Assembly: GCA_963796455.1 (NCBI GenBank)
Contig: CAWCLO010000004.1
Coordinates: forward strand, 672,001-736,000
Source: Candidatus Sulfomarinibacteraceae bacterium
Lineage (GTDB): Bacteria; Acidobacteriota; Thermoanaerobaculia; Thermoanaerobaculales; Sulfomarinibacteraceae
Direction of reading: 5' to 3'
DNA: 64,000 nucleotides
Shown: positions 1 through 12,757 of the stretch, piece by piece
Position numbering within the stretch: the stretch's first letter is position 1
How the letters are laid out: every line of letters starts with the position of its first letter
Notes under the pieces: model-generated
What the model was told of the DNA's origin: nothing
Seen by the model: only the letters and a program-made list of their open reading frames with translations
Database searches by the model: none
Made by a program: the position numbers and the translations under genes

Positions 1-2462
<2,462 letters not shown>

Positions 2463-2466
<4 letters not shown>

Positions 2467-3569
2467 GACTCGGCCTCGTCTTCGCCGTTGGGCTCGGGTT
2501 CCGGATCACCCGGCAGACGAACGAGCGCACCGTCCTTGAGGCTGGCCTGACCGGCGACCACGATCTGATCACCTTCTGAAAGCGCGGAGGCGGGCTCAAA
2601 GTTGTTGACATCTTCGAGCACCGGTTGGATCTTGATCCGCTCCACCCGGCGCTCATCGCCCAGGCGGAAGACAAAGAGCTGGTCGTTGTCGTAGACCACG
2701 GCCCGTTTCGGCAGCAACAGGGCGTCCTCGTGGACCGCCGTCACCAGGTCGACCTCGACGTACATTCCGGGCCGCAGCCCCTGCTGGCGGGGGATCGCGA
2801 CGGTGACTTTCAGCGTGCCGGTTCCGGGATCCACCACGGGAGCGATGCGGTCCACGCTGCCGACCAGGTTTGCGCGGCCGACTGCATCGGCGGTGACCCG
2901 GGCAGCGAGCCCGGGCGCCAGCGACGGCAGCTCCTTCTGAGGAACGTAGATCCTGGCGACGATGGAGTCGAAGTCGATGATCCGAAACAGCGGCTGGTTG
3001 AGCGTCACAGAGTCGCCGACGTTGACGAGGCGCTCGGTGACGACACCGGCGAACGGCGCCCGGACCTCGGTATAGGCCAGGTTGCGTCGCGCGTCATCAA
3101 CGGCGATCTCGGCCTGATCGAAGACCGACGCCGTGTCGTTGAACACCTGCTCGCTCACCAGCTTCTGCTCGAACAGGCTCTTCTGCCGGTTGAACTCGCG
3201 GGTCGCCTGCCGCAGCTCGATCTCGGCCTTGTTGAGGGCGCTCCGTTGCTCGTCGTCCTGGAGCCGGATGAGCAGTGCGCCGGCTCTGACGCCGTCGCCT
3301 TCCTCCACCCGGAGCTCGACCACCCGCCGCTGGGCCTCGGCTAAAACCTGGACGTCGCGCTCGGCCTCGAGGGTTGCCGAAAACCGGAGCGCCGACTCGA
3401 TGGTGCCGCGCTCGAGGGCGACGACATCGACCGGAACAGCCTCTTCGGGCCGATCCTCGTCGCTTGCTGCCCCCTCGGCCCAGGTCCGTTCATCATCCCC
3501 TCCGCCCGAACATGAGGCGAGGGTCAGCAACAGTAGGAGAGTGAGACACGTAGAGGTGAGCAATTTCAT
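2463..3569 (-). CDS. RND efflux periplasmic adaptor (membrane fusion protein), lipoprotein
   Basis: MKLLTSTC...LASC lipobox; VEEGDGV..G..L hairpin, EVRAPFAGVV, LRPGMY and LLPKRAV motifs; coupled to the RND permease. Confidence 0.92.
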
Positions 3570-3679
3570 TGGCGGTGGATAGTCCCTTCGACTCGTTTTC
3601 GGTCCCACGAGATTTAACGGGAAAAACGACTCCGGGTTCCCGATCAGTTATCGAGTGCCTCCAGGATACAGATCCTGAT

Positions 3680-3725
3680 GGGTTCCACGTTGCATGGGTG
3701 CCGCGTTCACCATTGCGCCATTGTC
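3680..3725. repeat. Left-end GGGTGCCA-family motif doublet with a 30-bp extension
   Basis: GGGTTCCA 3680-3687 and GGGTGCCG 3696-3703. 3696-3725 (gggtgccgcgttcaccattgcgccattgtc) matches 11851-11880 (gggtgccacgttcacaattgcacagttgtc) at 25/30. Confidence 0.75.
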
Positions 3726-3935
3726 ATTTTCGAGAGATCGCTAAGTCATTGAGCGCCAGGTATTAGATTGTGGCGTTTGCTCGTGCAATGCCGTCTCCGG
3801 GTCATCAGGTGATACCTGCAAACCAGGCAAAACCATGCGTTCGGATGAAGGAAACCATCCAAACGGGCGATTGCGGTGAACAGTTCCTACTCCTATCGTT
3901 GAATATGAGGGCGTCTCGACACTATGGGGGTTGTA

Positions 3936-5222
3936 ATGAAATCAGCTTTTGTTCGGGGAATGCGGGTCGTTTTGTTTGCGGTGATCGCGATGGCTCTTTG
4001 CATTGCAGCCGGTCCCGCCGTGGCTCAAGGTCCGCCGATCTTCGACGTGCAGGAAATCGGCCCGGGGACCATCCCGGCAGACCTCAATAATCGGGGTGAG
4101 GTTGTCGGAGGAGCCAGGGGGCCCGTACCGGGCGGGTATGGATTTACCGCATTCTATTGGTTCGATGGGGTCCTCGTCGATCTTGGGGCCAACTGGGAAA
4201 ACGCGAGTTCTGCCCTGTCCGTGAACAATTCCGGCGTGATTCTCGGGACCGTTGAAGGTGTTGGCGATGAACTCGACAGGTTATTTGAAATCGATGCCGA
4301 AGGGAATATCAGTTACCCCGCGCCGTTCGACCCAGCGGTTGACGTGAGGGCGAAGGCGATCAACGATGAGGGCCAAATTGTAGGAACCCATAGCAGCACG
4401 AGTATTCCCTTTTTCTGGGATCGCACGACGGTGTATGACCTTGTCCCGAGTTGGGCGGTTCAGAGTTTTTTTGGCGGTCTCAATAACCTGGGTCAGGTCG
4501 CAGGGTCTTCCCGCGAGGATGGGTGCGGCAACTCCGGTTTTTTGTGGCAAATGAACTTTTTCACCGAAGTCGGCTCGTGCAACGATCGGATCGCGGCGAA
4601 TGACATCAACGACACCTCACAAATCGTTGGTTCCATGTTTTTTGCGGGTGAGAACCAGAAACACGCATTCGTTTACGAGGACTCACAGTTCACTGACCTG
4701 GGGGTTCTTGACGGCCAACAGGCAAGTGTTGCACGCAGCATCAATAACCAGGGTTGGATTGTCGGTGACTCGTCCTCGTCGATGCCACCGTCCGGGAGCG
4801 CGTTCATTTACATTGACGGGGTTATGTACGACCTCAACGACTATGTTTCTACCGAAAGCTGGCGTCTCACCAGGGCCCTCAAGATCAACGACCGCGGCCA
4901 GATACTCATGTTGGCCAATCTCACAACGAGCTTCGGGAGCACCTATCTCCTGCTGACACCCTCGGGAATTGATTCGATTCCAGGCCTCATTGAACTGATC
5001 GAATCCTACGAACTCCATCACGGTATCGAGCACAGTCTTTTGGTGAAGCTCGAGCACGCGAACGAGGCGGTCGCCGACGGAAACCTGAAACGCGCATGCC
5101 ATCGTCTCCAAGCGTTCATCAATCAGGTCAACGCACAAACGGGGAAGAAGATCACCGAAACCCAGGCGGAAGAGATTCTCGAAGCCGTCGACACTATTCG
5201 AGCTGCGCTGCCCTGCCCGTAG
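3936..5222 (+). CDS. Secreted HAF-repeat (DUF3466-like) protein with C-terminal FIMAH-like helical domain
   Basis: Signal peptide ending AVA-Q; repeated A..IN..G.IVG units with HAF/AF; C-terminal GIEHSLLVKLEHA...LQAFINQVNAQTGKKITETQAEEI. Start could also be 3924 or 3960. Confidence 0.8.
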   Translation: MKSAFVRGMRVVLFAVIAMALCIAAGPAVAQGPPIFDVQEIGPGTIPADLNNRGEVVGGARGPVPGGYGFTAFYWFDGVLVDLGANWENASSALSVNNSGVILGTVEGVGDELDRLFEIDAEGNISYPAPFDPAVDVRAKAINDEGQIVGTHSSTSIPFFWDRTTVYDLVPSWAVQSFFGGLNNLGQVAGSSREDGCGNSGFLWQMNFFTEVGSCNDRIAANDINDTSQIVGSMFFAGENQKHAFVYEDSQFTDLGVLDGQQASVARSINNQGWIVGDSSSSMPPSGSAFIYIDGVMYDLNDYVSTESWRLTRALKINDRGQILMLANLTTSFGSTYLLLTPSGIDSIPGLIELIESYELHHGIEHSLLVKLEHANEAVADGNLKRACHRLQAFINQVNAQTGKKITETQAEEILEAVDTIRAALPCP

Positions 5223-5243
5223 CGCACACCGTCGGTGCTTCAA

Positions 5244-5262
5244 TGGCACCCATGCATGTTCT
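5244..5262. repeat. TGGCACCCATGC motif
   Basis: tggcacccatgca 5244-5256 is the inverted complement of tgcatgggtgccg 3691-3703 (12/13), so the pair brackets the HAF gene. Confidence 0.75.
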
Positions 5263-5476
5263 TTTGGCACTCTCACTTCTAGAAAGTGAGAAATATTGTT
5301 GGAATTGCGTCGTCTAAGAGTCAAAGGAACTCTTTTGTGCGGACAACATCGGGTGCCGTTACCGTCGAGAAAGCGACCGAATCGGCAGAACGTGCCTCGT
5401 CTTTCCGCAAAATGGCATGCGTGGGTGGATCCGCGCGTATGAACATGCGAACCTGGCGTCACCTCAGGAGGTAACA

Positions 5477-6458
5477 ATGCCGACTCATCGTGAAGTTCGT
5501 CGATCCTTCGTTCTGATGACTGCCCTTGCCCTTTTCATCGGTTGCGGTGTCGTCCAGACCGAGCCCGAACCCTCGGCGGCCAAGGAAGTCGCGCCGCCCT
5601 TGCCGGCAATCGATTCGTTGGTCACGGCGGAGTGGCTGAGCGAGCACCTCGACGAACCGGATCTGGTGGTGCTGGACTGTACCGTGATGGTGGAGCAGGC
5701 CGAGGACGGCAGCATGCAGACCGTCAACGGCCGGGCCAACTATGACAGCGGGCATATTCCGTCCGCCGGCTTCGCGGATCTCATGGGAGATCTCGTCGAT
5801 GGTGAGAGCGATCTCGATTTCGCGATGCCGACACCTGAGGCCTTCGCGGCCGCCATGAGCGCGCTTGGCGTGAGTGACGATTCTCGAGTGGTCCTCTACG
5901 ACGCGATGGGCTCTTCGTGGGCGGCACGAGTCTGGTGGATGCTTCGCTGGATCGGCTTCGACCGCGCGGCTCTGCTCGACGGAGGTCTGGCGGCCTGGAC
6001 GGCCGAAGACCGTCCGCTGTCAACCGAGGCTGTCGCGCGGCCAGCGGGGACGCTGACCCCGGCTCCCCGGCCCGGAACTCATCGCCGATCGTGACGAGGT
6101 GCTCGCCGCGATTGATGACGCCGGAGTGCTCATTGTCGACGTCCTGCCGGAGCCGCACTACCGCGGAGAGATGGTCATGTACGCCCGCCCGGGTCACATC
6201 ACCAGCGCTGTGAACGTCTCGGTCATGGGGCTTTTTGACGAAACCGGCCATTTTCGATCGCAGGACGAGCTGGCCGCTCTGCACACGACCGATCACGATG
6301 CCCGCCACATCACATATTGCGGTGGCGGCATCGCCGCGTCGTCGAATGCCTTCGTCATGACCCGACTCGGTTTCACCAACGTCGCTGTCTATACCGCCTC
6401 GCTGCAGGAATGGACTGCCGATCCGGACCTACCGATGGAGACCGTGCCGGCGCAGTAG
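5477..6458 (+). CDS. Tandem-rhodanese sulfurtransferase (SseA/TST-like), probable lipoprotein; +1 frameshift near 6071
   Basis: AGGAGG RBS; LFIGC lipobox; LVTAEWL, YDSGHIPSA, AARVWWML and LLDGGLAAW in frame 1. RPGHI, active site YCGGGIAA and YTASLQEW in frame 2. Removing one C in cccggaactc restores PRPELIADRDEVL. Confidence 0.85.
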
Positions 6459-6616
6459 GGGAAGATGAGTATCTGGATCCGAAGATCCTGGATCGTTGCG
6501 TTGACGGCTACCAGAATGCCCAACTTCCCAAGATCCTCGGACCTGGAGCCTCTACACATGCCCCGTTCGCATCACCACAACCTATGGGCATTTGACAGGG
6601 TGACGGAAGAGTAAGA

Positions 6617-6679
6617 GGGCACCCATGTGAGAAAGCAAGATTGAATGATTACGAAGGGTGGCACCATGGCACCCATGGG
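6617..6679. repeat. TGGCACCC-family motifs (three copies)
   Basis: gggcacccatg 6617-6627; tggcacca-tggcacccatgg 6659-6678. Confidence 0.75.
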
Positions 6680-6770
6680 ACAGATGAATGTCAGGTCCGG
6701 AGTTCGAAGTTAGGTTAAACGGAACTGCGGAACTGCGGGCCTCGCTCCGAAAGAAAATGGCACCGAATAA

Positions 6771-7607
6771 TTATGGCGTCACCGATGACCACAAATCGGT
6801 GGTCCCCGACTCGAAACCATCGGCAAAGAGCGTCCCGGGCACGACCTCCTCGAAAGAGAAACCGACGCGGAGATCGTCGAAAAAGGTCGGTTGGCCGTTC
6901 ATCTGATCGCCTCGGATTGAGACGGTCAAGATTTTTCCGCCGCCGCTGTTCAGCAATTCGGTAGAGAATCCGTTGATCACCGGCAAGTTTGACTCGTCGA
7001 CGGGGTCGACCCAGAGCGTGACAACCTCGTCGTCGTCCAGGCCACCCGTGTTCGTGTCGCCGTACTCGATCCGGACGACGACAAGTTGCTTGTCGGCGGG
7101 CACGGTGCCACCGCTGGCGAGGCCGCTGATGCCGCCATTACCGACGATGTACGCTCCATCGCTAATCCCGAAAGAAAAGTCGACCGCCCCACCGCCGTCG
7201 AGTCGCACGAGCTCGAGCTCGAAAGTCATGTCTCCGTCGGCCCTCGGAGGAGCAATCAGGAAGCTCGCGTAGAACATATCGCCGTCGGTCTCATAGAGAA
7301 TATGTTCGGCCGAGGCGCTCCGTGTCGCGATGCGGGCTCCGTTGTCACCGGAAGGCCGGTCGTAGACGGCTTTGCCCGTGCCGGCCTCATCGTCGAGTTG
7401 AGTCTTGTTGACATAAAAGTTGCTGTTCGGAACAAGCGTCCAGTTGCCGATCAATCCGTCGGCCGGTCCCGCCGGGTCAGCCGAGATCAATACGTTGTCC
7501 GGATAGCCTGTGAAAGTATCCTCGATGATCGTTTGTGCCTGCAAAGAAGCAGCCGGCGATAACAGACACAGACCCATCACGCCTACCGGGATTCCGTGAA
7601 ATCTCAT
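6771..7607 (-). CDS. Secreted hypothetical protein with C-terminal LFADGFESG..W motif
   Basis: Signal peptide (...SLQA-Q); beta-rich body ending FFDDLRVG; terminal TLFADGFESGTTDLWSSVTP. Confidence 0.8.
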   Translation of the reverse strand: MRFHGIPVGVMGLCLLSPAASLQAQTIIEDTFTGYPDNVLISADPAGPADGLIGNWTLVPNSNFYVNKTQLDDEAGTGKAVYDRPSGDNGARIATRSASAEHILYETDGDMFYASFLIAPPRADGDMTFELELVRLDGGGAVDFSFGISDGAYIVGNGGISGLASGGTVPADKQLVVVRIEYGDTNTGGLDDDEVVTLWVDPVDESNLPVINGFSTELLNSGGGKILTVSIRGDQMNGQPTFFDDLRVGFSFEEVVPGTLFADGFESGTTDLWSSVTP

Positions 7608-7932
7608 TCGATTGCCCCCCGCGTTCGTTCAATCGTTCCTCGAATCGTGTCATCGGTGCCCGCCAGTTTCCTGGTTGTGGTCGGTGCCGACCGGGTTGAT
7701 CATTCGCGTTCGGCCTTGGTGACGTCCCGCCGGACAATCCAGGGGTGGGGCACGGTCACCTGAACTTGAGCAAGACCGGTGCCAACTTCTCCAGATTTCA
7801 ACAAGTGGTTTTGGAACAGCTATTTGGCTGCAGATGAGCCGCCGAGTTTCCGAACCCGGGCGAGTCGAGGAGCCACGCAGGGTGTGGCAACCCGACCCAC
7901 TCGGTCAGGTGCCGCGGTCGATCCACGAAAAA

Positions 7933-8008
7933 GGGTCCACCGATCACAACCTCACAATAAACACAGTTTCAGGCGATAGACATTGTGAGGTTGTGATCAG
8001 TGGCACCC
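7933..8008. repeat. ~76-bp hairpin element, copy 1 (REP/REPIN/MITE-like)
   Basis: Left arm gggt-ccaccgatcacaacctcacaat 7933-7958 pairs with right arm attgtgaggttgtgatcagtggcaccc 7982-8008 (one bulge, one mismatch); 23-nt loop aaacacagtttcaggcgatagac. Confidence 0.9.
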
Positions 8009-8031
8009 ATGCACCCATGTTCTGGCAATCA

Positions 8032-8060
8032 GGATGCCAGCTGGCACCCAGGTGGCACCC
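8032..8060. repeat. Empty palindrome GGATGCCA-GC-TGGCACCC plus an 11-bp-period doublet
   Basis: ggatgccagctggcacccaggtggcaccc; exact TGGCACCC at 8042 and 8053. Confidence 0.8.
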
Positions 8061-8113
8061 TTGTATGGGGTGCCCCTGATGCAGCTACACTGGCGGCACA
8101 TCGGAGGTGCCCT

Positions 8114-11100
8114 TTGGCCAGACTGAAGCTTTCTCATGCCCTAACGCTGTTGATCGTGGCGATGCCATGTGTGACCGCAGGAGCCCAGACCGCGCCTGAA
8201 AGCGCCATCGTTCCTGCGGAGCTCTTCTCCGGCCTCGAGTACCGCATGGTAGGGCCCTCCCGCGGGGGGCGGGTGACGACGGTGGCCGGTCACAGGGATC
8301 AGCTCGCGACCTTTTATATGGGTGCGAGCGGCGGCGGGGTGTGGAAGACGGAGGACGGCGGCCTGACATGGCGCAACGTTTCTGACGGCTCGTTCGCCAC
8401 GGGGTCCATCGGCGCTATCCGGACGGCCGATTCGAACCCCGATGTGGTGTATGTGGGAACCGGCTCGGACGGACTCCGGAGCAACGTCATCATCGGCAAA
8501 GGGGTCTACCGATCGGATGACGGTGGCACGACGTGGCGGCACCTTGGCCTCGAGGGCGTCGGCAATATCGGCGCCGTGCTGATCCATCCCGAGAATCCGG
8601 AGCTGGTCTACGTGGCGGCCATCGGCAACCCTTTCGCACCGAACCCCGAGCGAGGCGTCTACCGATCGCGGGACGGGGGGAGAGCTGGCAGAAGGTGCTT
8701 TTTGTGTCGGAAAAGACCGGCGCAGTGGATCTCGAGTTTGCCCCGGACGACCCGAGCAGAATCTACGCCTGCATGTGGCGCGCCGAGCGCAAGCCATGGA
8801 CCATCATCAGCGGCGGCCTCGAAGGCGGCGTCTACACTTCTCTCGACGGCGGTGACAGCTGGCAGCAGCTCACCGAAGGCCTGCCCAGCGGCCTGCGTGG
8901 CAAGGCGGATCTGGCCGTCTCGGCGGGCGATCCGGAGCGGGTTTACGTGCTCATCGAAGCGCCGGGCGACGAGGGCGGGCTGTACCGCTCCGACGATCGC
9001 GGCTCGAGCTGGCGTCAGGTCTCGGATTTCGACAAGATCCGCACCCGGCCCTTCTACTACTGCAATCTCGAGGCCCACCCCACAAACCCGGAGATCCTGT
9101 GGGCGATGAGCGAAGGCTTTTGGAAGTCCGAGGATGGGGGAGAGACCTGGAAGAAACAGAGAACACCCCACGGCGACAACCACGACATGTGGATCAATCC
9201 CTCGCACCCTGACCTGTTCATCCAGGCAAACGACGGCGGCGCCAACGTCACCCTCAACGGCGGCAAGACCTGGACGAGTCAGTACAACCAGCCGACTGCG
9301 GAGCTTTACCAGGTCGATGTGAGCGACGGCTTCCCATATCGCCTCTACGCCGGCCAGCAGGACAACACCACCATCTCGGTGCCGAGCTTTCCTCAGCGCG
9401 CCATGCCGGGAGGTCATACGGCTCTGTGGGAGGACCAGGGTGGATGCGAGACGGGCCCGGCAGTGCCCAAACCCGGCGATCCCGACATCGTCTACGCCAA
9501 TTGCAAGGGCCGATTCGGCGTCTTCAACCGACGAACCGGGCAGGAGCAGCAGTACTACGTGGGATTCGCCAACGTTTACGGCCACAACCCCAGGGATCTG
9601 GAGTACCGCTTCCAGCGGGTGGCGCCGATCCACGTCTCGCCCCACGATCCCGATCGCGTCTACCACGGCTCGCAGTTCGTGCACGTTACCGAGAACGGCG
9701 GCAGGACCTGGAAGACCATATCTCCCGACCTCACGGCGAACACACCGGAGACGCAGGTGGTTTCGGGAACTCCCATCACCATCGACGTCACCGGCGAAGA
9801 GCACTTCGCCACCCTCTACGAGATCCAGGAGTCACCCCACGAGCCGGGCGTCATCTGGGTAGGTGCCAACGACGGGCCGATCCACCTGACGCGCGACGGC
9901 GGCGCGACCTGGACCGAGGTCACCCCCGAAGGACTCGGTCCCCATGGCCGGGTGCAGACGATCGAGGTTTCGCCCCACGACCCGGCGGCGGCCTATGCGG
10001 CAATCCTCCGCTACCAGCTCGGTGACTTCTCGCCCCACGTCTACGCCACACGCGACTATGGTGCCAGCTGGTCGCGGCTGACAACCGGCGAAAACGGGAT
10101 CCCCGAAGACGTGCCCGTGCGGGTGGTACGAGAGGACCCGATGCGACCGGGGCTGCTGTACGCCGGTACCGAATTCGGCATGTACGTCTCCTTCGACGGC
10201 GGGGCGCAGTGGCAGGATCTGCAGCTCAACCTACCCGTCACACCGGTGACGGATCTCAAGCTGGTGCACAACGACCTGGTGCTTTCGACCATGGGCCGCA
10301 GCTTCTGGATTCTCTACGACCGGTCTCCCCTTCTCGAGGCCTCCGCCGAGCTCGCCACCGAAACCGCTCACCTGTATGCCGTGCAGGAAGCCGTCCGCCT
10401 CCACACCGGTGGCCGCTGGCGGCGACCGAGTGATGATGCAGCCCGCCCCCAGTACCCTGCGGCCGGTGCCAATATCAACTACTACCTCGCCGCGGAAGCG
10501 AACGGCGAGATGCGTGTGGAGATCTTCGACGACAACGGCACGCTTGTGCGCGAAATCGTGCCCGAGCCGCCGGATCCCGAGCAGGAATCCGAGTCCGAGG
10601 AGGTGGGGGAGGTTCGACTCCTCCGAAGATCCGGACGACACCATGGAGACGCCCGACGCGCCGCCCGAGAAACCTGCGCCCACACGCTGCAGACCACGGC
10701 GGGAATGCACCGCGTGGTTTGGGATCTGCGCCACACCGGCCCGACCGAACGACGGGTCAAAGATGAGGGTGAGGACGACGACGACGATCGCTCCAAGCTG
10801 CGCGGCCCCATGGTGCCGCCGGGCACCTACGAGGCGAGACTCCAGATGGGGGAGTGGAGTGCGAGACAACGATTCGAGGTGGTGATGGACCCGCGGGTCG
10901 AGGCCGAGGGCATCGGCCCCGCTGATGTCACGGTTCAAGCGGACTTCGCCCTCGCGGTCCGGGACGCCGTCAGCCAGGGCCAGAGATGCCGCGGATCGAA
11001 TCGAGGAGGCCATGAAGGGGCTCGACCAGGGCGAGCAGCGCGAACGGCTCGAGGGAATCAAGGCCAGGCTCATCACGCACGAGGTGCGCTATTCACAGCC

Positions 11101-11260
11101 CAAGCTGCTGGATCAGCTCGAGTACCTGTACCGCAACCACATCGGTGCCGACCAGCTGCCGGGGGCAGAGGCGCGAAGACGTTTCACAGTTCTCGAGGAC
11201 GAACTGGCAGTTCTTCTCGAAGACCTGGAACTCACGCTTAACGCCAAGAACCAGGATTGA
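8114..11260 (+). CDS. Secreted VPS10/sortilin-like BNR (Asp-box) glycosyl-hydrolase-type protein; frameshifted
   Basis: GGAGG RBS then TTG 8114; signal peptide; YRMVGPSRGGRV, many S.DGG.TW Asp boxes, PHGDNHDMWINP and LLYAGTEFG. Frameshifts at the G-run 8675-8680 and at 10977-10979, plus an apparent compensating pair near 10610/10682. Confidence 0.85.
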
Positions 11261-11296
11261 ACTGCCGTCTGTCGGGGCCTCCATTTCGCTTCACCT

Positions 11297-11430
11297 GGGT
11301 GACACGCTTTGCATTGTCTCGTCGTTCACGATAATGCAATGGAGAACCCGGTACCCATCAGCGTGACGTGTTCCTCCTATTTGAGGATGGCCTCCACGAT
11401 TTATGTTTGGTTGTGACCGTGGCACCGATG
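11297..11430. repeat. Degenerate motif cluster including a partial right arm of the hairpin element
   Basis: gggtgaca 11297, cggtacccat 11349; ggttgtgaccgtggcaccgatg 11409-11430 resembles ggttgtgatcagtggcacccatg at 7989-8011. Confidence 0.6.
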
Positions 11431-11444
11431 GTCCGGCGTTGGGA

Positions 11445-11836
11445 TCAGCGGGGCGCCGTTCGTCTCGACGCGCGCCGGGTCCCGATCGTGGAGAACTCGA
11501 CCGCATCGACCGGTCCCGACACCTCGATCACTTCCGCGTCCAGGCGCCGCCAGACCGCACCCTTCCCATCGACCTCGACTTCCGTGATCCGCAACGCTGT
11601 GTGAAGCCAGAAGTGGAAGGCGGTGACGCCCCCGGTCAGCGCCCTCACCGTCATGGTGTTGCTGCCGTTGATGGTTTCGGACTCGGGGTTGACGTCGAAG
11701 TCCAGACGGTAGTGGAGGACGTCGGTGCGCTCGTTGAGGGGATCGTTGATGCTCTTGAGCCGCAGCACTTCGGATTCTTCGGAGGATCCGGCATGGGCGG
11801 TCTTGGCACGCGAACAGACGTCGGTCGTGCCCGTCT
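11445..11836 (-). pseudogene. N-terminal-region fragment of an M1-family aminopeptidase-like gene
   Basis: Open frame ETGTTDVCSRAKTAH...DVLHYRLDFDVNPESETINGSNTMTVRAL...LRITEVEVDG resembles the M1 N-terminal beta domain. No signal peptide and no GXMEN/HEXXH domain. Confidence 0.65.
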
Positions 11837-11839
11837 CCA

Positions 11840-11880
11840 GGGTGCCACCAGGGTGCCACGTTCACAATTGCACAGTTGTC
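11840..11880. repeat. GGGTGCCA doublet (11-bp period) plus the 30-bp extension shared with 3696-3725
   Basis: gggtgcca-cca-gggtgcca-cgttcacaattgcacagttgtc. Confidence 0.85.
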
Positions 11881-11898
11881 AGGCTTCGTGAATCAAAA

Positions 11899-11979
11899 GG
11901 GTGCCGCCGATCGCAATCTAACCCACAACACAGTTTCAGGCGATAGACGTTGTGAGGTTGTAATCAGTGGCGCCCATGC
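11899..11979. repeat. ~76-bp hairpin element, copy 2
   Basis: gggtgccgccgatcgcaatctaacccacaacacagtttcaggcgatagacgttgtgaggttgtaatcagtggcgcccatgc. Loop aacacagtttcaggcgatagac is identical to copy 1; the left arm is degraded. Confidence 0.9.
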
Positions 11980-12004
11980 GGTCATATAATGAAATGAAGG
12001 GCAG

Positions 12005-12754
12005 ATGGCAAAGGCTTCATGGCGAGACGCATTCACGGTTGATCGGGTCTACCCGGAAGGGTTGCGGTGCCTGATTGAGTTGGTCCACCGTCACGTGCCG
12101 AAGGCTTCGTGGGGGATGGCCCCTACGGACCATTCGTGGCCTTGATCGAAAGAAACCTGGCCGACTGGGAAGCTGACGCGTGAGAGTCGTGGCCACCTGG
12201 TTGGGATGGGGATGGGGTCGATTTACGATCTCGGCGGGCCTGGGCACCGCGCACCTCAAGACGAGCGCGAGCAATTCGATCGCTTCGATGACGCGCTCCG
12301 CTGGATACACGGCCTCACCTGGACCTGTGCCGAGCAATGGGTCGCCCACCGGAAGCGATGGAACGCCCAACATGACCGCGCACTGCTCACAAAACTCGAG
12401 GTCCAACAGCAGGTGGTCATTTCGGCCAAGGAATGCCTTCGTTGCCGGTGGCAGGCGGCAGTTCGGTCGGACATGACAGTGGCGGTCAATACCCTCGAGA
12501 AGGAGCCCTTTCTGCGACAGCTTGTCACGCGCGGGGGCAAAGCGGTTTCTCGAGCCCTGTTGCGACCTCGCACGGCCAAACAGCTGGCTGGTCACGGAAA
12601 GCTTCGCGATGCTCTCATGGCGACGCTGCCTGACCAGGGCGTCAAGGTCTATAGCAAGCGCTATCCTACTCGTTGCCCAGCATGTCAAGGACGTCTTATC
12701 GGGACCTATCTCACCCTTGAGGAGGAGACGGTTCGCGCGTTGGTCAAAGGATGA
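12005..12754 (+). pseudogene. Hypothetical protein with two CxxC pairs (zinc-ribbon-like); 5' part interrupted
   Basis: ATG 12005 after gaaggg is in frame with ORF 12206-12754 but interrupted by TGA 12143-12145; CLRC and CPAC pairs downstream. Confidence 0.45.
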
Positions 12755-12757
12755 GCC

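Noticed and set aside
12143..12145. Selenocysteine or readthrough at the in-frame TGA
   Set aside because: No redox-motif context or evident SECIS hairpin; neighbouring frames suggest indels instead.
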